Source of the DNA: Perkinsus chesapeaki ATCC PRA-425
Taxonomy: Eukaryota; Protista; Perkinsozoa
Length of the DNA stretch: 41,524 bases
Assembly (NCBI GenBank): GCA_013115145.1
Contig: JAAPAO010000299.1
Span: forward strand, 1-41,524
Reading direction: 5' to 3'
This document shows, in pieces, positions 1 through 12,642 of the stretch. A program made the translations under genes and the position numbers. Positions within the stretch are counted from its first letter, which is position 1. Each line of letters opens with the position of its first letter. The notes under the pieces are model-generated. The model searched no databases, had not been told where the DNA came from, and saw nothing but the letters and a program-made list of their open reading frames with translations.

Positions 1-69
1 CGAAACGGAAATGAAACCGCGCTCGCATGAGCGAAGCGAAGTATCACAGATATACAAACGTCATGCATC

Positions 70-300
70 TACATTATCCAGGGACAGCATCCCCTATGTT
101 TATAATCACACTTCGGGAAACATCAACGCCGACCTCGAAGGAGAAGAGATATGGGACAAGGGGTATCACTTCGTTAGGCAGGAAGACTTCCGTGTGATGC
201 AGTACGATAACAAAAGTGAAGAGGTTCGTCTGAGGTTGAAGCAGCCGGCTCTTATGTTCTCCACCAGGAACGTCCGTACTTTTTCTAAATGTTGATAGAT
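70..300 (+). repeat. Block A, copy 1 of a diverged tandem duplication; lies within ORF 11-295 (94 aa, hypothetical)
   Basis: Matches 1513-1741 at offset 1443: ATGCAG at 197/1640, GTACTTTTTCTA at 276/1719. Peptides YNHTSGNINADL...MQYDNKSEEVRLRLKQPALMFSTRNVRTFSKC versus YNNTPGNINVHL...MQDFKKSHEIRLRLKQTAFVFSSSGTCTFSRSW. Confidence 0.8.
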
Positions 301-628
301 CAGCCGGGACTCCCCAGTAGCAACTCTCGGTAGTACATCCTTTCGAGCATTGCCTGGCTTGAGCTGATATTCAATGAGTAGTACTTATCATAGCATAGTA
401 TAAAAAACCGTGAGCCCTCAAGCGACTCACAAAAGCGCTTAGTGGCGTATACTTTAGACTTCGCCGTAATCACTCTCAACTTAAGCTCCAAACGAGTATC
501 ATAGTAGCCACTGCTTGACTAGCACTGCTAGTGTCGTCGAAGCGCTATGATCTGAAGCACACCTGAATAAATTGCCTCATAGCCACGATGCAACTATAGT
601 TCTTAGCCCTGAAAAAAATCTGAGACCG

Positions 629-818
629 CACATCAGTGCTCATGCAGGTGTGGTCAAAGCCGCAACCATCCGATGCCTAGCATATAAGATATCTGTTCAT
701 CGATGGCACTTGAGCGTGAGAGGGCGGATCGTCATAACGGGATTGCCGATCGACGGAGGCTGAGGTGTCTTGTTGATTTCACGCTTTGTGATCGCATTCT
801 AGCAGTTCGGACACCTTG
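629..818. repeat. Block B, copy 1 of the same diverged tandem duplication
   Basis: Matches 2338-2528 at offset ~1710, including an identical 20-mer TTGAGCGTGAGAGGGCGGAT at 710 and 2421. Confidence 0.85.
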
Positions 819-1512
819 CAAGAGAACGCGCATAAACTATAACACAGAAATCCCTTATCAGGAAGAACCTCAGTGTATGCGCTAGACTGCTCAATCCGCA
901 TAGCTAACACAAACATCACAGGTACCCAGATAATACTACAGACAAAACCTCTTGACCTCGGTATCATGTTTCTAGTATGGTTTATACTCCACTGTTCAGT
1001 ACATGCAGGAGGCTACATACATATTTTTACACGTATGAAACCGCATGCCGATCGCAGGAATCGTGGCGCATCTTGCGCTCTGCGTACGATCGCCTTCGTA
1101 CGATAAGACCGAAAAGGAAATGAGAGATACGTTCATTCCGGAGAAAACGACGACAGTCAAGAAGATTAGGACTCATTACTTCCCACCGGGTCTTGTGAAC
1201 TGTCCCGGGCCGGTACTTAACACTAAAGGAATCGCTCCTTCCGAGAAATCTTTCTTATGCTGGGCGAGGCATCATCATTCAAAAGTTGTCCGTTGTGTGT
1301 GTGCCAAATCCTATGTAGCCCATAGAGTGAAATCCTCTCGCCGAATGCACTTGTAGTTAAAAGTGACAGCCCGGCTGGAAACAATGGCTATTTCACCGAG
1401 CATACCGTTTTCTGGCCTTGGCGTAAGCAACCAAGGTGGAACCCATCGCTTATCGCTATTGCGAGAATGAGTCTCAGGATGACTGCTGGGCACAGCAGTA
1501 ACGTTGAAGAAT

Positions 1513-1741
1513 TATTATCCATGGAGTTATCATCCCCTAGGCTTATAATAACACTCCAGGTAACATAAATGTTCACCTACAAGAATAGCGAATAGATGGC
1601 AAAGGGTAACAGCTCGATAAACAGAGAGATCTACAGTTAATGCAGGACTTCAAGAAGAGTCATGAGATACGGCTGCGGTTGAAGCAAACGGCTTTCGTGT
1701 TCTCGAGCAGTGGCACCTGTACTTTTTCTAGAAGTTGGTAG
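1513..1741 (+). pseudogene. Block A, copy 2 (disrupted)
   Basis: Homologous to 70-300, but with an in-frame stop and a frame offset upstream of the MQ...RLRLKQ segment. Confidence 0.6.
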
Positions 1742-2337
1742 AGCTTTGTCACTCCAGCGGGAGCTGACCAACTAGTCCCGAAGCAAATACCATCTCCACG
1801 ACTCCTCGCGCTGCTCAAGCCCTACAATGCGAACCGACCCTAATCTGGCAGATTCTTATCCCCTCTCGGCGACGCAACCATCGGTCTCCAATACTAGCTC
1901 CGACTACGGATTGAACTCAAGACATTCATTAATACTAAGACGGCAAGGCAGTTCTTAGGTTAGTAATATGAGACTACGTTTTAATCACTAAGGTGAAATT
2001 AGTTTACAGTTCGTTACGATTTCATACAAACACTCAGGATAGGTCCTCAATGTCTCTCTTAGAGCCAACGCTTTACATAGTCCTTAAATGACAGGCATCC
2101 AGATCGTGCAGTCGCCTGCTGAACAGCCATCTGACACTGAAGAGATCGACGAGGACATTGAGTGAAAATATTCATCGATTCGAGTGCAATTGAAGTTTGA
2201 AATGTAGATATGATGATGACTTCGACTCTGCGTCTGATGACGGTGATGACATACTATCTGGGCAATATATGAACAGGCACCATACCAAGGACGTAGGCTA
2301 GGAATGGCAGTGCTGTTCAAAAGTGCATACTGTAGCT

Positions 2338-2528
2338 CACATCAGTGCCCATCCAGGAGGGGCCAAAGCCCCACCCATCTGATGCTAAGCATATCGAAGA
2401 TATCTGTTCAGCGATGGAGCTTGAGCGTGAGAGGGCGGATTGTCATCAACGAATTGTCGATCAACGGAGGCTAAGGTGTTTCGTCGATTTTACGCTTTGT
2501 GATCTCATTTAGCAGCTCCGACACCTTG
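2338..2528. repeat. Block B, copy 2
   Basis: Homologous to 629-818 (see block B, copy 1). Confidence 0.85.
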
Positions 2529-3499
2529 ATCGAAAGGAGAAATCATAGCCTTCATCTCCAGCAATCCCACAATGGTATGTAGGCTTGCCTCTTATAGAAT
2601 GTGGGAAGCTACATCATCCATATATCTTAGGGAGAGAAAAGGCTAACTTGAGTCGTTTGCAACGTTTACGCGAACTCGAGAGAGCTGGCATTAAGAAGAG
2701 AATAGGACCCGAGCCCGAGTCGTAATTAACTGGTTTCTATGTTCTTCCAAATACTCATGTTCAGATATGTTCATCTTGACCATTGGCCAGAGTCAAAGTA
2801 TATTTTATTGCAGCAGCGCCGAGGCAGCAAGTTCTGTCAATCACGAACTATTGGAACACAATCAAATGATGATAACACCGAAGAGCACGTCCAGACGGTA
2901 AACTGCATCGACATCACTTGATTATCTTTTGCAAGTTATTCTTCTGAACTGACCCTACAGATATTGCCCACAAGATGTGATGCGGCTACAGAGTACGTCT
3001 GCCCTTCGTTCGGGGATTTTAGTTGGGATGACTTTGGTGGGTTAAGAAAAGCAGCTGGAAGAATTCTAGATGTTCTCGAGAATAGGGCGCTCGATGAGAC
3101 GAATATGCACGATAGGGATAATGTGAGGATTTAAGGCCAAGTTAATGCCAACTCGTCGTATATTTTTTGTTTGTTAGGGGTTACGTAAACTTTGGGGAGG
3201 GTTCCTACCTCCCTCTCTGAGTGACATAAGTGACCTGTCTCTGCCCTAGCCTCACTATGCTAGCTTTAATCAGGCGCCTCAATCCGAGTGTTGGAGGACT
3301 TGATAGCTGTCGACCACGACAAGGATAAGCTTATCGGGATAACCATTACTCCGGAATGGCTATCAAATAAGAATGATGCGTTCATGTCGTTTTTAACTAA
3401 ACACGTCAAGGTTTCAAAAGAGGAGCACTCTCCTGAGCTAGCCGCCCACTGAACCCTCTTTTCAGAGTATCATTCTTCTCTTCGGTGCAAGGTCTTCGG

Positions 3500-4400
3500 T
3501 TACAGATGGAAGGACTCCGGCAAGGTTCATATGCTACTCTCCAAGGTGAGATCGTGACTAACACCAACTCTCCAACTTAGGAGATTGCTTCCTCCGCAGA
3601 ACCTTGACGTGTTCCATGGGCCTAAGGGGAAGTCCCCTGGTCGTCGCGGGCTCCACAGACGGCTCGCTCAATCTTTGGTCCATATCCTCTCATCGCGCAT
3701 ATGAGCGCTTCCATTGGGATTATGAGGTATTTAAGCCCTTAAAGGAGTTAAGTGCATACGGTATCAGATCTTGTCCAGCTTGCCAGATGATTGTAGGGAG
3801 CCTTTGGCTTGGGCTGCTCCAGTCTTTTGTACTCGAGAGATAGTAAGGAAGTGCTTTTGCTACGGATTGTAGCCGACTTATAGTAGAGTACCGAAGATCC
3901 ACTTGTAAGCGCGAAGGTGGCAGAACCGCATGTGACTGCGATAGTAGCCTTGCGGCAAGCTCATGAATCTACCGCGACGTTAATGATGTAGTTACCTTGA
4001 GCTATAGTGACGATAACCACTCTTAAGATACTCAATGGACGAGCTTTCAATTATGTGTTGTTGGGGGGTTAGCGGGAGTGCGAAAGAGCAGCCACAACTT
4101 ATCCTCCACTCATCGATGAACTTTGGATTATCATGTAGGCCAGCTAAGGCACTGCAACGTACCAGAAGGGCGGATTAGGCCCAGCAAGCTTCACCTTGCT
4201 TCGGTCTAGGGTTGTTATATCTACACCTCTGGTTGGAGTCAAGCAGTACGATCGATGGAGCGGGGCGGCTAAGGAAAAGTCGCCAGTGTCTCTTTCTGAT
4301 GATGTCGCGGTGCGGAGTGAGCCTCGAGAGACAACCACTAAGGACTTCAGGTGCACCATCTTTGTGCATCTACGAGGCCTGATGAGGTCTTGGCATTGAC
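3500..4400 (-). mobile_element. Decayed LTR-retrotransposon integrase-like remnant (Ty3/gypsy-like)
   Basis: Minus-strand peptides across frameshifts and stops occur in integrase order: PNPPFWYVAV, FALPL, RFMSLPQG..RFCHL, LQVDLRYST..QS, KDWS, LIPYALNS, then VGELVLV (resembles the post-core GPY/F region). The catalytic DDE residues are not recognisably intact. Confidence 0.45.
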
Positions 4401-5515
4401 ATCGAGAAAAGCAATTTTGCTGAACTCGAACTACTGCGTGCCTGTACAGGAATGGACGATCGATGGAGGGAGGAGCGCAACTTCTTGTTCTGATGGCCGT
4501 TTCCTTATGTAAGGGCACGACCATCGCTGCAGGGCTGATAGCTCTTCGGGGGTAGTCTGGCACCATCGGGGATATTCTTACTGTCATCTGGCATCGACAG
4601 TTTTGCAAAGTTGTCCAACGTGAAGTTGCCCCCTGGAGCGTGCCTACTGAGTGCATTCGAATTGCGTGATATGGATTTAGTGGTAGGATACGGTGCATTA
4701 TCCGTGTTGTTTACATTCCTTCTATTATTATCGGTAGGCTGTTGGTTGCAGCTCGGGGGGCGTACTACTGGAGCTTTACAGTGTGATGTGGAGCAAACTA
4801 AGTTTGCAATAATGTCACATGATATTGAATTCGCGGGTACCAAGGGTGTTTGTGTTATCTAATTGAGGGTCGTGGCGCATAGCTCATGCCAGGTGGGGTA
4901 AGGTAGCCTTTGTGGTAGGAGTAAATAGCAATTCGGCAATACCCCGAGTATCGGGTCCTTTGTTTCTATCACTTTCATGCTTGCGTTTTTACGAGGAACA
5001 TCCTCCCACTTAAAAATTTGATATAACGACGACACTATGACTGTGACAGCGACTTGTATGACTGCTATATGGTGTCACCACGTAACTTCACGTCAAACCT
5101 CACAAACTTCACAGGGCTGCTAATCGGTTTCGTGTCTATACTGTCATGTTCAGTGCTCCTCTTTGGTAACGATGGTGTGAACATCCCCTGTAGTTGAGGA
5201 TCACATTATATGTCTCACGCAGCACGCACGCATACACAAGCCACGAGCCATGTATCCAACAGTTGGGTGGAGTAGTCATACTGTATACGATACTCCAGCA
5301 TTTCTACCCTTATTCGAGCAAAATGTCAACACCGGAGCATATCCGACTTGCTACGTCTGAAGCTACTCATCGATCTGTAGCTTACTCACCAATTACGTCG
5401 ACGCGCGTGGGTTCGCTTTTACACTCGAAGTAGGACATGCCATTCTTAAGTTATTATAAGCCACCGCAAGATAGCAAGATTTCACATATGTCGCGATTAT
5501 ACCATCGTTGCATTA

Positions 5516-8005
5516 ATGAAGAGAGCTCACGAAGAGGAGCATTTCCTAGATGGTTGCAGAGTAAGGATTATTCCCTATTGTAGACACTTTGTATTCTCCG
5601 GGATTGGTTCGCATCACCTACTACCATCACTGGCTATTATTCCTTATTGTAAGGCTTAGTCGTCCCCCATTACTATTACTTGCCATTTATACCATAAAGA
5701 GCACCACGATTAGGGGTGTGTTGTTATAATATCAACCCTTCTTACCCCTTTAGACTCCCTATCGGATAGGAAGTAGAGTCCAGAGACTATTATTACTAAA
5801 TTGTTTGCAGATATACATAGTTCCATTGGGATCCCTATCGCAAACAACATGGCGTTATAAGATACTAGTTAAAAGAGCACAAGAGGCCGGTGCTGATGTT
5901 ACCCGGAACTTGGTAGATGACTCTATTTGTATAGCATGTACCGAAACAACGGTGTCTTCTTTATACCAAGTCGTTTTGTGTACAGGTAGCTCTGTATCGC
6001 CTATCAAATTGAAAGGTATCTTCAGCGACGTCTCCCATCTCCCTTTATTACTGAAAGCTGAATGGTTATGTGACTCGCTAGATGGACAAAGGAAGCTCCC
6101 GTATGGTCGGTATCGAATTGAGCTCGTCGATGGCTCACAGACACCTGACCCATCGCCGACACTACCCAGTCCTGAGGGTTGCGAGAATGAGGAAATTGAA
6201 GGAGTCTCAGACAAGATAAATAACAATGACGAGGGTAACACGGAGGATATGGTGGAGGCTCCGGTGGCAATAAATTGCAATAAGCAGTTGAGCCAGCTCT
6301 TCAGAGATCTAGAGGCCAATCTCCGGCATAATAAAGGGGGATTAGATGAGTTTAGGGCCAGGAGCTATAGGCGAGCTGCCGACAAGATTGATAAACTAAG
6401 GTAAGGCATAGTTGGATGGTCATGTTGGTCAAGGGTTGTATTGCTGCAGCTTCCCATTGGATAGTGATGCTGCCGTGGATCGATTTGAATCTGAGTGTGG
6501 TACAGGGATTGGAACTAGAATAAAGGATAAGGTATTGCTAGGAGTATTGCTTTGGGGGTAGACTAGCAACAGGTGCGCGAGTTCGTAAGAACTGGGTCGG
6601 TCAAGAAGGCGGAAGTTGTGAATTCTGCAGAACGTAATAATGGGTTTGGTAGACCGGCTTGACAATCTTGTCGTTCTCGTTATCAATACTGCTGGTGCAT
6701 GGTTTAGGTACAATAGGCATCCGGGAACTAACCAACGTATGGGGAGTTGGGGTGAGCACTGCGGAAAGATGGTAATACACGGTGGGCGGGCGGTTACCGT
6801 AAGTCAGTTGTATCTGGTATATGAGGTACGCTATGGGTATACGGAACGTGGAAGCCCTGAGACATTCGACGGATGTCTCCTTGAATCATAATCAACAAAT
6901 AGGTCTTAAGTAAGCTCTTTATCTGTGAGTTTAGAAGTTTGATCCGAGCTTAGATATTTTGAGGAATTCAACTCAAAGATTCCTCGTCAAGAAGTGGATG
7001 ATATCGTTACGGTCGTCCGTGCCGGAATAGATCGAGCAACTTTGCCCAAGTATGGTGGCATTGCTAATTTTAATGTAGTAGTATATCTGCCATGGTTATC
7101 GCACTGTATAAGATTCTCCTAGGTTGAAGTTTGCGGTAGCTATCGGCGAGGAAAGGCCTTTTGTGGAGATGTTGATTTCTTAGTAACACATAGAACAATA
7201 CAGCTGACCTACGCTGAAAACTACTCTATATTAACGTAGTAGTGGCATAGGTGGCATAGGGACCGGTGATAGGGCCTTGTAGGTCGATAATCAACAGTTT
7301 ATCCACCGAGGGTGTCTCGGATAGGTTCCCCGAAGCTAAGCTTACGGACCATCTCAACCAGTATAGATCATTTGGTAAAAGATATTCCTTATCAGTAGGT
7401 CAATTTTCTTTGTTAGGAAGCAGTGTGGCAACTGTAGATGAGGAGGATGATGATGATAGTGACAAGGCTGATGCGATGAGCGATAGGATGTCATCTCCAA
7501 CGTAATTCTAGTGATGGGCTGCTTTTATCGGTGTATGTGATTTGTCATTAAAGGTACTTTGGGGTATTCCATCTCAGCCCTCATCATATTCATAGGCGAA
7601 TAGATATTAAAGTTTGGCCATTGAGAGAATATCCGTAATAGGGGGACTGACTTAGTGGATAGGCAAGTGGACTAGACTGCTTCAGGTATGCTTTAGTTCA
7701 TTTCACCGGTAGTGGGGTTTTCAATAGGAAAATGAGGTACTATGCTAAGACCAAGCTGGGCTTGAAGTGAGTAATCGAGAGTGCAATCGGAAGGCTAAGG
7801 CTTTTCCTTTCCTATAGGGTAAATGACCATGGTGTGTTTCGGAGGGATGGCAGCTGTATAGAGTGTAGTACCGAAGGAGAGGTGTTTGATTGTTTGAAAA
7901 TTAAATATATGTAATAGTACGTGGAGGTGGGACTATAATAGTGTTCTTAGGGATCCCACCTTGCGAGAGTCGGAGACAGCTTTGGAGATACTGGAGACTC
8001 ATTGA
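5516..8005 (+). CDS. Family X DNA polymerase (Pol lambda-like) with N-terminal BRCT domain; multi-exon
   Basis: Exon 1 MKRAHEEEHFLDGCR (5516-5560) splices in frame to IYIVPLG (intron 5561-5810). BRCT-type EWLCDSL; 8-kDa domain RARSYRRAA and GIGTRIKDKVREF; HhH LTNVWGVGVSTAERW; GSYRRGKAFCGDVDFL; HRRIDIK; ALVHFTGSGVFNRKMR; C-terminal YMDPTLRE; stop at 8003-8005. Confidence 0.93.
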
Positions 8006-8566
8006 AATTAATGAATGAACAAGCTAATTACTGTTTTACCGACTGTGGTGTGATAGATTTGTTTAAGTCTCTATAGTCTCTATGTATGGCGTTGACTTCA
8101 CCTTACCACGCTCTTTTATGCCTCTTTTCCCTCAATGGACTCTACCACTTTTACGCCTGTTAGCGGTGAATCAGCCAGTTGCTGCTGCTGTTGCTGCTCA
8201 TCTGTGGTTCCCCCTCCAGAGTGATGGACACACGTTTTCTTAGATCTGACGTGGTTGTCAGGTGCCATTTCGTGGAGTGCAGTGATAAGGCAACACAAAC
8301 AGTGGGGCAGGTCGAAGCTCAGCCTACTGTTCTTTATCCGCCTACTGGTGGGGGTGACAGCAGCATTGAGAGACGCATCGATCGACTTGTATGGCAGAAT
8401 AGAGTTAAGCTTAATGAGCTGAGACTTGTTCTTGCTTATCCATCCATAACATGATGAATATGCACTGCTGCTGCTGCTGCTGTTGTCGTACCTGCATTAA
8501 AGTTTTGTATAGTGTATGGGAAGGGGTTGAGCAGGGGTATGATTTGGTTGTAGTTTCTAGATAGAA

Positions 8567-8607
8567 ATGTCCTTCATGAATCAAGGGCAGGAACAATACC
8601 ATCACCC

Positions 8608-8646
<39 letters not shown>

Positions 8647-9780
8647 GCAGGATCAGCAGCCTGATAACCGAGACCAAGACGGTGCTAGTGTTTTCTCGAT
8701 GGCCCACCAGCAGCAGCAGCCCCCGTCTACACACTACTCTGTTCGCAATACCTTCATTGACTTTACCGATCCCGATAAGCCCTTGAACGAGCTCTACGGT
8801 TTAGATGGTACAAATGATCGACCAGCGATGGACTTGAAAGCCAGGAGTATGCCCGAGGTCAGCAATGTTGATCGGACAGCCTCGCAGTTGGCAAGTATGC
8901 TTTTCCGTGGTGGTGCCGCCTTTGGGCTCCAGCAACCGGCACCTGAGGTTCCCCCGGGTATATCGAATGTAAGTCGTAGGTCCTCCCATTAAATCATACA
9001 TTATCGCACCTCTTTCAGATGCTCCATCATCCCTTTTCGGGGCCGCCTGAGACAATTCCTGAGGTGTCTAGGGCTGCTGAGATGGGGTCGGAGTCTTCGG
9101 TGCAGGGCGACCATGATATCCTGTCGGGCTCGGGTGGCATTGGGCCTGCTAAGGAAGGCTCGGTGGGCTCCCCCTTCGAGAACTTTGTGCCGAGGGAGCA
9201 GCAACAGCATGAGAAAAATGGCACAGCTGCGGCGTCGGTGAGCAAGGAAAAGTCCAGCAATAATAATACCGAGGCGCCAAAGCGATCCACTGGTCCAACT
9301 CATATCAGACTAGAAGATCTTACTGAGGAGGAGCGTGATAGCTTGTTGAATGCTATTCCAAGAGACCCTAAGACAGGGAAAATGCTATCTGCCGGGAGTA
9401 TAGTACATGATCTTGGCACCTGTCGCCCATGTGTTTTTGCCAACAATAATGAGAGACCGTGTGTGTACGGTGTCGAATGCCTGTTCTGCCACTACCCACA
9501 CGATATCCGTAAGAGATCTCGGATGAGTAGGAAACAGAGGCAAGAGGTAAGGAAGATGAGAGAATCTCAAAACACTATTGGTTGCACCCTCGGCTCACCG
9601 GTGTTACCAGATGATGCTCCAGCTGATGATATTTATCACTGCCTTATGGGACATGCACACGCTGTTGAATTACAGAAGGTATCTCTTAACCAGCTCCTAG
9701 ATACCAGTCCACGGCTTCCTATGCCATCTCCACCCTTCCCATCAACAACAACATCATCGATGAGTCCCTCGAGGCGTTAG
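8567..9780 (+). CDS. CCCH (C3H1) zinc-finger protein of the alveolate GSxxHxxGxCxPC type, with N-terminal poly-Q
   Basis: Exon 8567-8968 joins 9019-9780 via a phase-0 50-nt GT-AG intron. Motif GSIVHDLGTCRPCVFANNNERPCVYGVECLFCHYPH followed by a basic helix. Confidence 0.85.
8609..8650 (+). repeat. (CAA)12(CAG)2 microsatellite encoding Q14
   Basis: Read directly from the sequence. Confidence 0.95.
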
Positions 9781-10298
9781 ATAGGTCATAGTGGGCAGTA
9801 AGATAACAAGCATTTCATTTCTATGCACCTAGTTTGTTGGTATCTTATTCTGTTACTGCTGCTGCTGCTGATGCTCTTGCCGTTGTATAATTGAATACAG
9901 CTATCTTTCCCGCGTATGATAGATTGTCCATGTGAAGATGGTAAGTGATTCCTTGTTGTTGGATATTTGCTGTGGCTGGTGAGGCACGAAGATGAAGCTA
10001 TCATCGTATCAACTAGGCTATGTAACCACGCTCAACTATTGCTGTCCTATTACATTAATGCCCTTACATCTTGGTATCTACTTCAACATCTCTGCAATCA
10101 TCATCATCACCATGCGTTTGTGTTGTTAATATACTATTATTCTCATCAGCGTGCATGCCTGTTGGGCCGCCGCTCCCTCACTTACCATTGGCAGCACTTT
10201 CTCTCATCACACTTCTACAGCTTATTGAAGCACCACCTGTACTTGTAAATACATTTATATTATTCCTTTGGGCAATGATAGCATTGTAATAATAACAC

Positions 10299-11539
10299 TT
10301 GCACTCCAACGCACTAGGAATACTGGCCATTCTCAGACAACGTCTCGGCCGCAGTTTCTCGTCTCGTAAAGAAGTTGACATACAGATCCAGCAGGAAGTA
10401 GCTTCAAGCTCGGTGTATGATACCGCAAGGTCTGAGTTCGATTCGGAAGCGCCGCCGTCAAGGAGCGCCAGTCAGTTGGTGGAAGGCATTCAGTGGGGAC
10501 TGTGGTGTATTACAACAGCAACTGAAGAGGCGGTGCTTTCAGAGTGGTATCTGGTGATACTTATGCCCAGACAGTGAGCTGCATGATCGAAGAACTCCCG
10601 CCTGACTTCATCCTCAAGCACTGTGGTTGGCGAGTTATTGCGAGAGACTACCTGCGTTTCGCTAGAGCTCGAGATGGTAGGTATTAGTGATGTATAATGG
10701 ACATAGAGAGCCTTCAGGTAAACTAGATGAATCATTGAAGCTGATGAGAGAGCATGTAGAGTTTCGTAGAGCTCATGGCCCTATTGAGAACATGAATCCT
10801 AGTGTTGACTTTCCTCATGCCATGGCAAGCAGTGGGTCTAGACTATTGGATATTCTAACAATGATTATACTGTCTGTTTCAGAAGCATGGAAGTTTGCTG
10901 GAGTAACTCGCTGTGGTCATCCCTTTGCTGTGTTTAAAGCCAAGAACATAGTACCCAAAGATATTCAAGGCGGTGTGGAAGAGTACGACGGTTCCTCTCT
11001 CCCTTACAAACTTATCAATACCAACTCCTTAGATATGTCAAATATCTTGCCTACAATCTGGATTCTCTGGGAAAGACCGCCGACTCAATTCCTGACAGTG
11101 ATGGAAAATTAGTAGTCTTGATAGACCTACAAGTGAGCAGTGTCTCAAGAAGGCACTAGAAGAAGAAGAACTCTTATTTTTAGGGATGGTCCATGTCCCG
11201 AAATGTGGATATGAATTTTGCACGCCAATTTGTCCGTCTGGCCCAAGACGAGTTCCCCGAGCGACTATACGCCGCTATGCTGGTAGTTGGAGTTCCGAAC
11301 AGTCCGACGTGTTAGTTGAGTTGGTTCAGGTAAACTGTCCGTTTGTTTTTACTGCATTTTGGCGGGTAATACGGCCCTGTCTTGATGTTAAAACTAGAGA
11401 AAAGATTGACATCTTTGGGTCTAATTATCACGATGCTTTGGTGAGTAAATTTTTAAACAAGGAACAACTTGAAGAGGAGTATGGTGGAACGCATCGTCCC
11501 TATCCAGACAAAGTTGAACATACCATGACTTTCTTGTAA
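10299..11539 (+). CDS. CRAL-TRIO/Sec14 lipid-binding protein; multi-exon, start not resolved
   Basis: RDYLRFARARD (CRAL-TRIO N), LMREHVEFRR, FAGVTRCGHPFAVF, and VNCPFVFTAFWRVIRPCLDVKTREKI...LEEEYGG typical of the Sec14 C-terminus. Confidence 0.85.
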
Positions 11540-12207
11540 TTCAACTGCATTAAAGTGAAGCCTCAATGTTAAAAGTGTTGCGTACAAGTTGATGCTAGTT
11601 AGGACTCCCCCCAAAGCAATTGAATATGCATTAACCAGCTAGTACTGACGTTCTACTTACACAATTAAGGCGGCCCCGCTGGAACATGTAGAACCGCGAT
11701 GCTTTCCAACGGTACGTATTGGCTACGGTGTAACTTACAAGAGCGGCCTTAAATAATCTTTAAGATGTCCTAAACAATAATATATTCGGATAATGGACCA
11801 TTATTAAAGGTTTACATAGAGTTCGCTATTCACAGCCTCATAGTTTAGAGACGAATTGCTTGTACCATTTCAATCTTGAAACGAATAGAATGATGGGAGT
11901 GTGCAAGAGCCTGATAACATAGGTCAATGCTTACACTGTCTATTAATATGAGGAGTGCGAGGTACTCATACGTACTAACCTATTCAAAGAAACCTCTACT
12001 GATAGACGGCAGCTGGGGTATTAAACTAAGGTAACTCAAAGTCAACAGCATGAATAATAGTATAGCATACACTGATCAGTCATCATCCGGCAATACATCA
12101 ATAATAAGACCGACCCGAGCATATTCCACACTCCAGTACGAGATACACAATAATATCGTACTAATAAAGTAGCAGCATAGCTGGGCATGCCAAGAGATAG
12201 TCACTTC

Positions 12208-12642
12208 TTAACCGGACTTGAACAAAAGGATGGCGACCTGTCCAAGATAGAAGTAGATGAAGTGCTTGCTCTCATGCGTGACATAGGAGCCGAAATTACG
12301 GCCAACAACGCAGTGCCAGGTAGGATTGTATCTGAAGGGGGAAGTGATTGAGGCACGACCGTAAGCAATAAAGCTATTACTTCTTGTCGAATTCCTTCTT
12401 AATATAGGCAGCGATATCCTTCTCGATGTTGTACCTGAAACGATACAAATACAACCAAACCAAGGAATCGCGAGAGTAGTGCAGGCGCTGTGGGACAGCC
12501 AGATAGACAAGCCAGCCAACCGCAGAGAGAAAATGGCTTCCTTGACGTACTTCTCAAGGGCTTGAGTAGCGCAATCGATAGCATCCTGCTGCATGTCCTC
12601 CGACATGTCGGCGTTCTTAATAACCGCCTTCCGCTCTGCCAT
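12208..12642 (-). CDS. DYNLL: Dynein light chain LC8, 89 aa, 3 exons (12551-12642, 12381-12434, 12208-12331)
   Basis: Spliced product [89 protein letters not shown]; GT-AG introns of 116 and 49 nt. Confidence 0.98.
   Translation of the reverse strand: MAERKAVIKNADMSEDMQQDAIDCATQALEKYVKEAIFSLRLAGLSIWLSHSACTTLAIPWFGCICIVSGTTSRRISLPILRRNSTRSNSFIAYGRASITSPFRYNPTWHCVVGRNFGSYVTHESKHFIYFYLGQVAILLFKSG

Noticed and set aside
3920-3990. RFMSLPQGYYRS resembling the reverse-transcriptase LPQG motif
   Set aside because: No YxDD follows; the surrounding relics fit an integrase core better.
11720-11729. ACCGTAGCCA on the minus strand, identical to the first 10 nt of the dinoflagellate/perkinsid spliced leader
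   Set aside because: The match stops after 10 nt (no TYTTGGCTCAAG), and it is not upstream of a gene; compatible with chance.
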